NCBI GenBank assembly: GCA_047495785.1
Contig: JBLDXI010000007.1
Coordinates: 3,348,001-3,412,000 of the forward strand
Direction: 5' to 3'
Length of the DNA stretch: 64,000 nt
Origin: Lepidodermella squamata
Taxonomy: Eukaryota > Animalia > Gastrotricha
Shown here: piece after piece, positions 1 to 11,230 of the stretch
How the letters are laid out: every line of letters begins with the position of its first letter
How positions within the stretch are numbered: the stretch's first letter is position 1
Notes under the pieces: model-generated
The model's input: only the letters and a program-made list of their open reading frames with translations
Database searches by the model: none
Told to the model about the DNA's origin: nothing
Translations under genes and position numbers: made by a program

Positions 1-1477
1 GTGATATGACGCGGCAGGCGGTGCGACGGTCGCAAAAATAAGGGTGAACGTAGCAATTTGATCAAAACTGAATTTGGTAAAAAGTTGTTATATTATGGAC
101 GAAGCCGACAGAAATTTCTTATCTGGCATAGACAACACTGTAACAGATAGGAAGCAAACGATCTTTGTATAGTGACTTTATATTCGAGCTGAATTCGCAA
201 AGATGCGACACGCGACCACTTTATGCCGCCTAACGCCCGTTAAAAATTCAATTATTTAAAAAAAATCGACAGACGAAATAATCAATGTCAAATTTGTTGT
301 GTTTTGGCGGATAAATACTAGATTTCTCGCGGTCTATCGAATGAGCCCAGCTAATCTTGCAGGCTCTCATAATTAATTTTCTAGCATTTTTGAAAACAGC
401 TGTCTTTGCTGGTTTACGACAACTTTGCCACTCTTCTGCCGCGGTTGGCTTATCCGGAAATTTTCTGAAAATTTTCTGAAAATTAGTTTTTTCATGTTGA
501 GAATCGTCTCTATCTGTCGATTTTATGGTCTATACCATGGAGGAATAGAAACTTTTACTGTTCTTCCATCGTTATAGTCATTCGATTGTGCGCGACGTGC
601 GCGCTGGAGACTCAAGCGGGTATCAAAATCTCCTCATAGCGATTTTTCTCCGCAAGACTAGATACTTACGGTCTTGTAACATGTCTTGTCCAACAACAAT
701 AAAAATCACACCGGTAAAGCGTGGCCAGGAGTGGATATCTAGGCAGGTAGCTATGACTTGGCGATGATTCACGTTTTGAGTTTTACAGGTGAGCGACTGC
801 GTCGGATGAAAAGTCGCAACAGTATATAAATAATATTAATACTAATCTTTTCATTTAGTCAATGTCTATACCGATAAACGGTTTTGAAGAGGGCGAAGGC
901 TGGCGAAAAGATAGAAATCACCCACCCCCTCAGTTGAAGATTCTACTTTTTCCGAGAAATTCATAATCATTAATTTTGTTAACAATCATGTGTTAACAAA
1001 AGTCGCAGGAGTATATAAAAATACCTAAAATATCTACTAAAAATACCTTAGTTTTTCGAGCTCTATCCGAAAAAAATGTTTCACGATGATCTGAAAACAT
1101 GGGTTGGGTAGTCGGTCAAATTGACATGGAATTGCCCCAATTCAATTTTGTTTGAATTATTCAAATAAATGTTTTAAATAATCTGTAATTATAACTTTTT
1201 CGACTTGCTACGTTCACTCAGATTTTTGCTACGGTACTTCAGATTTGCTACATAACACCGGGTGGTGCTACACTCGCACAGATTTTGAGCGCTCGTTGCG
1301 CTTCTCCTAATTCTGCTACACTCACTCAGGTTTTCGCAGCGCTCACCATTTAACTCAAGGTCGAATGGGAACGAAAGGAAAATTGTCTAATTTAACAATC
1401 CGATTTGAACTAAGGATACTGGGGTATAGAAATCGATAGGAAATGTTTCTATCAAAGCAGCTCGAAGGTGAGCTTAC

Positions 1478-2301
1478 TGTCAATAGGTCGTTAGCAACTT
1501 GTAGTATCAGTCTGTACGTGCTTGTCCCACTGGAAGTGAATAACCCGGCACCTCCGCCTCCACAGGCTGCCGCCGATGTGTAATAGGGGATGCAGGGGAT
1601 AGTGCACGCAGTTGTGATTCCAGTTGGTTCGAAGTGCACCATGGTCCTTCCGTTGGTTTTCAACTCTTGAAGAATGTTGAGTCCATGAATGTTGTTGATC
1701 TTCTCGTAGGAACAACCAGAGGTAACTGAGCGAAATAGATGTCTTTAGCGAAGATATTATAATTATATTAAAGATTATTCCTTGCCATAAGTAAGAGAAG
1801 CAGCCGACAATAAGATGGATAGCCATCCTGGCTGGGCTGCTGCTGTGTTGTACGTTGCCGTTATATCCATTTCTGCCCGCCAGTTTTGAGCTGTGCCTGA
1901 GGCTAGGAACTTCAATTCGTAAACAAAGCCTGATTACAGACATTTTTAACGGGTATTTTTGCAGATAACCTGGCTGGATGATATTCGCCCAAAGTCTGCT
2001 GATGCTAAATTTGCCAAAAGGTACCCGTTCGAGTTTTGTGTAACAGTCCCATAGGTGGCAAACGTTATGCTTGAGGAGACTGAAGAATTCGATAGGTCGA
2101 ACGAGAAACTCGGTACATATGTCGGAGAGCCAGCGAACATGTAAGGTAACGCGAGTGAACTCAGATCGGGAGTTGGTGAGATCTGAGCATTCAGCCAACC
2201 TGAAACAAAAACCGCATCTTAGTAACATATATATGAGGCACTTTAAGCGTCTTCTAACATGTCTTGTAAAGAACCAGCAGGGGACATATAAGTTTATTCA
2301 T
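1478..2301 (-). CDS. Gene A (partial): 5' part of a multidomain Cys-loop receptor gene, paralogue of gene C; presumably continues beyond the left edge
   Basis: Exons 2301-2259, 2199-1970, 1909-1786, 1725-1478 give MNKLICPLLVLYKTCWLNAQISPTPDLSSLALPY...WRAEMDITATYN...QELKTNG...CTIPCIP...RLILQVANDLLT. Internal exon lengths (230/124/248 nt) are identical to gene C exons 2-4. No further exon found in 1-1477. Confidence 0.8.
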
Positions 2302-3285
2302 TTCAACTCAACTATTGATTGCTCGAATGTTCGAATCGGAACTCTAACGATGGTTCGATTTCTTTCTTGACGCCTCGGCTCATTTGACAATCTATTACAG
2401 CATTTAATAATTCAACATGCTTTCAAACCTAAAAGGCTTTGCACCTGGCGCTTATAATGGCTAGAAAACTTTGCTGTTGAGCTGTTAAGTGTGAATAAAT
2501 AGCCACATAAGAGAGTTGCGCAAACCTCGGAGAGAACGCCTACGGAAGACAGACATGGTTTTTTTAAAACAGCTAAGCAAAGTTGGACTGGAGCCAACAG
2601 AGCGATATCTGACGCATCGTTCACTGAGATTTTGGATACATGGTTATGCGTTAGCATTGGGGATCGGGATGTGGCGGGAGGATCGGGAAGCTGATCAGGA
2701 TGTGACGACCCAAAAGCGGCATGATGTTTTGCTCACAAGTATAGAAGAGTAATTTCCAGTGCTGAGGCGAAAGTTTAGTATTATTTGGTTACTCTTTTCA
2801 TACTGTCAGATAGATACGAAGTAGTTAAATTTTCGGTCGAATATATTTATTTATTTATTTTCATTTATTTGGAGCCAGCGACACATATGTCTACCGAGAT
2901 TTTAGGAGAACTGGAAATTTAATGGAGAAATTCTACACTCGTGAATGTGATATGAAAATGTCTTACAACAAAAACACAGAAGACATCTGAGTTACCCAAC
3001 AGCGGGCACTTGGACTTGGAAAGTTAAACTAGAACAACAGTAATTGGCTTGCTCTAAAGAACTATTGATCTGTGCTTTTTGACACAGCGACAACTTAGCT
3101 CATCTATACCTAAATTTGTTTGATTCAAATTCTCACAAACTTACTAAATCACTGATGACCACATTGAAGTGTTATGAACAAAAAAAATATAGAACACCAA
3201 ATAAAATAAAATGACGTATTTTAGTCGTGTTACTCCTGCTGTCTGAACATCAACCAGCTAATTTCGGGGAGATTAACAATCATCA

Positions 3286-6200
3286 CTAGAATGCCACCAA
3301 AACTGCGTAGACGTTGATTACGAGGAAAATGTCGAAGTAGATGAAGAAGGCTGCGAGGTCCAACGCCCGAGCGAAGCAGATCTTCGCAGACGCTATTGAA
3401 ACGTTGACCTTCTTGGACATCAACTGCGGAAATTTCGCAGTTACAGCAAACATTGCAGCTTCATAAAGGGCGATCATTCCAGTGAGACCAGATAGGATCA
3501 ATACGTATTCGGCCATGAGGACTGACTCGGCTGTATCAGGAATCAGCCCTAAGACATCCGACTGGATCACAATCATGCTGAGTAGAAGGGTGCCAGCGAA
3601 TGCCGGACGATCAGGAACGTCCGGCTGAAAGATGAGCGATGAGAAACCCAGCGCCATAAGGATTGAACATGGCGCAAGCGAATTGATGAGATAAGGTATC
3701 GGTTTTCGAGTGAAGGCGACATTAAATCGCGTATAGCCTGATGTTCCATTTCTTCTAAGCAGAGAAGTAGTTATGCCATAGAGGGAACTCGACGACTTCA
3801 GTTTCCACATTTCGCTGTCGAAGGTTCCAGGAATTTCAAGGCGAACCCCGCCAAATGCGACAAATTTATCAGCTTCATCGAGGGCGAATGTGAAGTCACA
3901 AGCTTGTGAATCAAAGGGGAATTTACGAAGCTTCAAGACGCATTTGGACCGAAGTATCCCATACCTTATCCAATGGAAAAACAGCGTACGATTAGGGGTG
4001 GTTGGGTAGTAGACAACATGTATCTGCTCTTTGAATCCACTCTCCATGTAAAGGTCGTTAGTCGTGTTGGTGAATCGCAGGCTCGGGACCCAAAGCTGGC
4101 GTCTGTCAACCGCATATATGCGATCTGCATCATTTACTGCTGGAGCAGTAGTGTCACTAGAGCAGACGTTCACGACCCACTGAACCACAACACTTCCTGA
4201 TACTGATACTTGCCGAGCCTCGGCGTCGATATCATGCAGCCGATCCATCTCAAATGTCAGGAAAATTTGTGTTCCAATAGCCGGTGATCTGTTTGGAAAG
4301 CAGCGTACGTCTAAATATGAACTTTGTTTCATCAAATACCTGTTTCCTGTTTCTAGATTTTTGCATGGTTTCAAATCGTCGATCTCGAGCAAAGGGATGG
4401 CATAGCCATCGATCAAATTAGGTATAAAAAACTCCGAGCTGTTTGTTATGAAATCGTAAGTCCTGGGACCTAGCGTTGTAGGTAGATTGGTGGTGGATGC
4501 AGATGGCCCCAGGCTCCACAAACGAAAATTCGAAATTGTAGCATCTCCCTGAGTGCCGTTAATTCCATAAAGCATGATGCTAGCATTGCCTTTCGCAATC
4601 TGATTTGTGCTTAGGCCACTTGCATTTGCACTTGACAAAATGATCATCGAATTGGTATTATTGTCCTCAGGTAAAGGAACAAGAGCGACCTTGAGGAAAA
4701 CGCATTCGTGATATTAGCCAATTAATATTTGAACCAATTACTTACAGAGACTAGGTCGTTAACGCTTTGAACGATAATGCGAAAATATGCCGTGCCCGAA
4801 CTGTTGAAGACGTTGGTAATGGTAATAGACTCATAGTCGTACGATAGAGGCACGGTTTGGCTGATATTCACCACATTAGCGTCGTAGGCTAGGTATAGCT
4901 TTCCACCTATACCGATTTGCAGAGCCAGGTGAAGTCCATCATAATTGTCGAAGGTATCGGGACTAGCTGTAGCACGTCTCTTACGACCCGCCGTGCTCAT
5001 GCCTTCGAAAAAGTGCTTACAATAGCTATTTTAGGGTATTCATGTTGACTTACTGACGTCTGCTGGGTGGCCAGTGATAGCAAACACAAGGTATCCATAC
5101 GTGGCCCCAGTCGGGTCGTACTTACAGCTGACATCCATTTCGGCTCGGAATGGAACGTATCCCATCTCTGAAGGCAGCTTTTTGTCCAATAATGCCGATC
5201 CGTAATCAGCTGTTGGATAGGAATTGAGTAACACTCCAGTTTTGTTACTCTTTGCATTCGCTGTGACAGTGAATTTAGCCGTTGCGTTGACAGTTGAATT
5301 CGTGTCGTAAGATAGATGACCGAGGAAGGCCGGATGGCCAGACCATAGATAGGGCAATGGCATCGACTGCAAATTCGGCTCTGGGACCATATAACCTGGC
5401 ATTGGAGTTGATGTTGTCGTAGTAGTCGTTGATGTGGTTTTGGGGGTCGTAGTAGTAGTGGATGTAGATGTCGATGGGGTTGTACTTGTTTTTGTTGTTG
5501 AAGTACTTCGAGTCGTTGTTGTAGGGGTCGTCGTAGTTGTCGTGGTTGTCCTGGTAGTTGAAGTTGACGTAGTCGGAGTTGTTGCCGTGGTAGAAGTCGA
5601 TGTTGTCGGGGTGGTCGTTGTTGTAGTCGATGATGTAGTTGTCGGCGTCGTAGTTTTAGTGGTAGTCGTTGGAGTCGTGGTTGTGGTTGTTGTTGTTGTA
5701 GTTGTCGATGGAGTTGTCGTGGGGGTGGTTGTTGTAGTTGACGTAGCAGTCGGAGTTGTAGTCGTCGTTCTAGTTGTAGTTGAAGTTGTAGTAGATGGCG
5801 TCGTGGTAGTCGAAGACGTCGAAGCGCTCGCACTCAGTCTCCAAAAATAGAAATTTCTGATTAATGTATGGCCATGTTGGTAATTGCAGAAATTGTTGAT
5901 ACGCAGTTTCACAGTCGCAGTAGTCCAGATTGTGTTCATCCCGGTGATATTTACATAATCAACGCAAACCTTTGCCTGTAGGGTGCTTAGCGGGGCCATT
6001 GCTACAGTCAAGTTATCTCCAAATGCTTGGATTATCAGGCGAAAGCGAGCAGTTCCTGAAGAATCGAACAGCCCGGTACCACAACCCGGTGCCGTCGTTG
6101 CAACTATCGGAGAACACGGAACTTGGCAAGTTGAACTGATAAGTGTGGGGCTGAACAGTATTCGCATTCTCCCATCGTTCATCAGTTCTTGCCATACGGT

Positions 6201-6827
6201 GAAACCACGGAAATTTGACATGATATCGTAGCAGCCAGTACTGTCGGCTTTCAGGAATGAAGGGTGAGCTTAAGCTTAAGGTCGGATAATAAAAGTTCAC
6301 TCACTGGGATAATTCAGCGAGGTGCTGGAAAACATTACTCCGAGCCAACCAGGCGTACTGCTGGTATATGTTCCGTCGTAATTAGCAGTGACGTCCATCT
6401 CTGCGCGCCAATCCGTGGTCGTTGTAGGGAAGTACTGTCATGATTAAAATGGATTAGAATGCAGTCAATTCCTTGAGGAAAAAACTTACGGTATTAGCGG
6501 ACATTCGTCCGTAGTCGGCCGAGTCTGTAATGTCTCCAACTTGATAAGAGTCGGATAGTTGATTCGCGGAATTGAAAAGAGTGAATGTCTGTGAACCAGC
6601 AATGCTGGAGTTCGCCTGGTCAAACGACATGTTGGCTAAATATAATGCAGATCCAGAAAATAGATACGGCAAGGGTAATGTTGCCGTATCTGGCACGGGG
6701 GTTATTAGTGAAGCTATTAGACAAAATCAGTAAACAGTATTAGACGAAAACCTTCCATAAAGCCGTTAGCCTTACCCACTCCACTGGCTTGAATGATCAC
6801 GCATATCAGAAGCGCGTATAACTTCAT
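3286..6827 (-). CDS. Gene B: Cys-loop ligand-gated ion channel subunit with two extra N-terminal domains and a Thr-rich stalk (~1069 aa)
   Basis: Seven phase-consistent exons: 6827-6776, 6713-6490, 6434-6305, 6247-5054, 5002-4746, 4689-4340, 4288-3286. Signal peptide MKLYALLICVIIQASGVA; loop A LWVPS; Cys-loop CVLKLRKFPFDSQAC; pre-M1 RKP; M2 DRPAFAGTLLLSMIVI; four hydrophobic helices. Confidence 0.92.
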
Positions 6828-7129
6828 TTCAAATCTATAGCTAATCTGATGATTATTGGCGTTTCACAGCAAAATGGTCGAGAAACTTTGCCATTTACGA
6901 AAGTTTTTGTTGCCACGCACCTCCATATTAACGAACGAAAACACGGCAGAACTGCAAGAGTTTGCTTTAAGTTATTCCGTGGGCGTCTTTTTGCCAGCAG
7001 AAAAAGATCACGTCAAACACTTGCGAGTTTCAACTCGCACTTTGCATTGACTTCGGTCTTATATCCTCATGAAAGCTTTTGTGTGATCGATGTCGCAATC
7101 GTACAAACAAAAAATATATAAGCTACCAG

Positions 7130-7375
7130 GAAGGTATTCAAACCACGTGTGTACTTCTCTTTGTGTTGCATTTCGGTCTAGAGCTTCGCCTCCTCAAAAT
7201 CGACACCTGGAGTGAAACCCATCAGGGCGGTCGTGAAAGATAACAACTGCTCTTTGTTGAGATGCGTTGTCATCAATTGCGGCAGATCAATAGCTTTCAA
7301 GCGCGAGCCGAGTTCATGGCGTAGCTTCATGTCCTAAGTTTTAGCGCCGTCGATTTCTCGCACTTTTTCGACCAG
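7130..7375 (-). pseudogene. Decayed copy of the neprilysin last exon upstream of gene B
   Basis: Nucleotide similarity to 40680-40930 (e.g. aacaactgctc...caattgcggcagatcaatagctttcaagcgcgag), with indels. Confidence 0.75.
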
Positions 7376-7778
7376 TACCGTAATCCAGTACAACTTTGAA
7401 CAGGTACAAGTTTGAACATTTCACGCAACTCAGATTATCTCTGAATCCATGCGGATATAGCGCTTGGGAATTTTACTGAATATAGATATTGTTGTGATCT
7501 AAAATGTTGCCAAGTTTCATCAACACCGCCCCCGAGGTCTCTCTCGAAAAAATTCCCGAAATAACAGCGAAGATGATGCCAACATGTTAAAAGCCTGATG
7601 TAACATGCATGTAAACAGCATGTAAGCATGATGACGACATCGCTCCTGCATCCCTGAAGCATTCAATGCTTTGGGCAGGTCCCGGGGACTCCGGGACTGC
7701 TGTTAGGCGGAAGCCGACCCCCCAGTTTTTCTCTGTCCGTAACACCTGCGGCAGCTCAAGACTTCAAATACTATTATT

Positions 7779-8812
7779 CGTTCACGTCGCGGAAGAACTC
7801 GCACTTCGGTTTTTTTTCTGACTACAGTACTGTCGTGTACAGCTTCGTTGACTGTATTTTTCGTACGGCGCATCTCGACAGTATTTTTTGTACGGTATTA
7901 GAGCTGTAGTATTTGTAGCATAAACTTTGCCTTTTACCACTATGAGCGCTTTTTGACATTCTTCGCTAATTTTGACGTAGCGAGCCCATTTCGCCGAAAA
8001 CAATGTCACTTTGACAATAAAATCAGGCATTTTCTTGTGGTTCCGAAAAATTTCGAGACTAAAGAAATCTAAAATAATTTCGAGAAAACCGGTTCTAAGG
8101 CAGAAATGCAAAAAATTAGAAAGTATTTTAATTAATATCGTATGGCCAACCAGAAAATAAAGCAATGGTCTCAAGTATTCAAGCAAATATTTTTTACTTT
8201 TATTATAGAACCGTTCGGGCATGCATATATAATATATAAGTATCATGAGATGCTCTGATTGATTGCATATTTATATTACCATGACATGGGTTAGGCTTTT
8301 CGCTTGGCGATTCGAATGTGTTGTCTATCTCTATTCATGAAATGGCGCCAGTCGCGTCAATCTTTCCGTCGAAGTGCGTTACCTGCTAATTATCGACTGC
8401 TCGGCATAACGAGACAAAAAACAACACAGCTGCGTCGTCATAAACAGTGTGGTTTCAGGCTGTTATAATTTGTAAGGTCGTGCGTTGCAGCATTTCGAAA
8501 AGTCCGACAGTACTTTTTCTTCAGTTTCTACAGTTTTTCTACAGACTGTACTTTCAAATACTGCAAGCCGTACCATGAACTACGGCTGGATACCGTACAA
8601 TCATATACAGCTGCCATCGACAGTACTACGACTACAGTTTCATTCCACTGTACCAATTCATACGGCTAGCCCGCCGTAGAAAAAGTACGGTCGAAAAAAC
8701 AGTACTTTTTATACGGTAGATATTACAGTACTACTCGGTACAGCATAAGCTAACTGTACTAGATGTACTGTCGGACTTTTTCAGAAGTGCGAGTTCTTCC
8801 GCACCGTGAACG
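7779..8812. mobile_element. Non-autonomous DNA transposon (MITE-like) with ~30-bp TIRs and 4-bp TSD
   Basis: Left CGTTCACGTCGCGGAAGAACTCGCACTTC; right GAAGTGCGAGTTCTTCCGCACCGTGAACG; flanking TATT at 7775-7778 and 8813-8816; internal tacagtac-type subterminal repeats. Confidence 0.85.
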
Positions 8813-10118
8813 TATTCTCTTGAACATTTGTTTGGCTTTTTTTAAGACTTATTTTAATCCGATTTTTTTCTATGAATATTCAAATTTATGCAAATCAAGT
8901 CTCGCCTAATTTAGAGAAGAGACATCCTACGGCTCGTGCTGGTTTTACCGTCATCGACAGATTTTTAAAGTAAGAGGCGAAAACATCGACGAGAGCAGCA
9001 TCGTCGTACAGTCCTGTTTGAAAACTAAGGAACCCGCGCGGCAGTGGAGTATTAACTTCGCCACGCTAGAAGAACTTAATGAGCGAGGGTTCCGTTTCAA
9101 AAGGAGGTAGACTAACAACGCCGCGTGAGAGCTACCCGACTCCGCTCGCCCTGCTTGCTCCGTCTCGCAGGTCCAATGTGAGAAGAGGAGCAGTGGATTA
9201 TAAACTGCGCCACTGGCGAGACAGTAGTGATTGCTCACAACATCACTTCATCGGTATCAGTGAGCTGTGCATAATCACAGTGACAACTGATAAGCAAAGA
9301 ACGTTTCAAAATGAGCTTGACCAACAAAACGCCCCTTTGTGAGAAGTCTTTCAATGATTTAGTCAACTGAGTATTTCACTGAAAATCCCTGAAGCCTGCG
9401 TCATCACAGTTGAAATGGCAGATAGCTAAACTTACTCTTATTGCGCTTCTGATTCACAAACGATTCATTTCCAATGACCCTTCGCCTTGAATTCAAAATT
9501 AGCACCCGCCCACGATGATCAGAGTAGAGCGCCGTGTCACTGAGGTGTGTTTTATCACTGTAACACTTATTCACACCGTTCGATAGCAGTCGATCAATTG
9601 TCCTGTATGGAAGACTTCTATTTTCACTGCTCATCGTTTCATTTGGTCAACTGAGAGTACGTATATTCACTGTCACAGGATGGCTGCAATGCCGTTGAAA
9701 TGTGATTGCAGACTACAATTCCCGCTTCTCTTGTGCGCAGGATTCGCGCAGATGAGACGCTCTCAACACTCACACTGTTTTCTAGGCCAAAGGCAGGGTT
9801 GCCGTTGAGAACAGGACTTGACATTGTTTATTTTTGTTCAACATCCGAAATCCGAACTCATGACTTCAGTGTTGTTTCAGATCATCTGATTTCTAGAAAA
9901 CATACCCTATTAAGGTTCAGGCACTCAATGCACCTTCAAGCGTGCTCATTAATGGAAAACGCAGTCATTTTATGACTTTTGTATTATGGTGCTTTCACAA
10001 ATTTGACGCATTTGTGAAAGCACCATAATACAAAATTGTTAACAACTGCTGTTCCCTCTGGTCCGCGTCATACTGCAGCCCTTGCCCTAATGCTCCATAA
10101 CCTGGAGACTAATACATT

Positions 10119-10784
10119 ATGCACAATTTCAGGCCCGCCTACACGTAACGGCTCTGCTCGCTCACCTATTGGCTGGCCTATTGACTGTTACGGAACACAT
10201 GCGCGCCATAAGTGCGCGCGTGCACAACTGAATCACATTTAACCGAAAGAATTCGCGCATTTTTCTGATTTATGAAAAATCATTTTTACAGAAAAATTCT
10301 GTATCTATCGATATAAAATTTGCAAGGCAGGTACAAAAAATAAGCTAACTCTTGGAAATATTTGCATGGCGCGCTCACTCGCTAATACGTGCGCACTGCT
10401 TTTTCGGGAAATTTACAGCGCGCGCCGTTGGCAAAGACAAACGTGAAATTGTTGCGTCAATTTTCATAAAATGAAGCAATTTCAATCCTCTATCGATTGA
10501 ATATAGGGTTCTCGCTCGAAAAATTTAATGGCAAAAAGCTTTCCGTGCACTGAAATATTAGGGCGGGTGACCTCACGCGGTCGCGCCTTTGAGTAAAAAT
10601 CATGCACGTAAAGTTTGTCGTCATCATATTTCACGTGTGACAATTGTATATTCAATCGATTGAGAATTTAATTTGTTTTTTTTTTGGTGTAAAAACTTAT
10701 TTTAGTTGATACAAGTTTAAAATGAGTTGGCTAATAGAAGCGCGCGCAGAGCCGTATAACTTAGGCGGGCCTGAAAATGTGCAT
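10119..10784. mobile_element. MITE-like element with ~40-bp imperfect TIRs
   Basis: atgcacaatttcaggcccgcctacacgtaacggctctgc at left is inverted at right as gcagagccgtataacttaggcgggcctgaaaatgtgcat. TSD ambiguous. Confidence 0.7.
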
Positions 10785-11230
10785 CCATTATACATAGATT
10801 TCGACAGTATGTAACTCCTTTTCCGCAGAATGGAAAACAATTCACGTGGACATGTTATATTGTGTATTTTCTCTCATCGAAATCAACAACAAACTTTATA
10901 ACCAACTGGGCACGACTTACAACATGAACAATGAACGATAAACGTGGCATTTGCTAAGATCTGAACGAAAATAGAACAAATATATCCAAAATCAGAATGT
11001 AATTATTCGATAGAGCTTTTAACGCGAATTCAAAGATCACAACTCTGAATGGCTTGCGTAAATCAGTCTTCTCTAGTCTCGAAATAAAATAAGAAAACCA
11101 AACTAGGCCTGAAATCGGGTTATCTAAAAATGCCGTATTCCTGTGGTTATCACGTCAGCTCTTCTACTTTTCCAGGCCTACCTAATCATCAAAAAGCATC
11201 ACGGCATGTCAAAGATATAAATATAAACTT

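Noticed and set aside
44-1350. Short inverted match gtgaacgtagcaa / ttgctacgttcac with nearby degenerate repeats
   Set aside because: Probably part of a TE, but boundaries and TSD cannot be fixed at the window edge.
1491-2228. 245-aa ORF over gene A
   Set aside because: Crosses introns in a frame with no similarity to paralogues; the spliced model explains the region.
3286-4288. Assigning nAChR, GABA-A or 5-HT3 gene symbols
   Set aside because: Too divergent and lacking diagnostic residues; orthology needs a phylogeny.
4997-5833. Arg/Gln/Leu-rich and Asn/Tyr/Asp-rich ORFs (also 27457-28134)
   Set aside because: Alternative frames of the same Thr-rich exon; low complexity avoids stops.
5434-5850. 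Val-rich plus-strand ORFs (also 13392-13643, 21139-21372, 27571-28056, 38508-38948, 49032-49271)
   Set aside because: Antisense shadows of ACN Thr codon runs in the mucin stalks.
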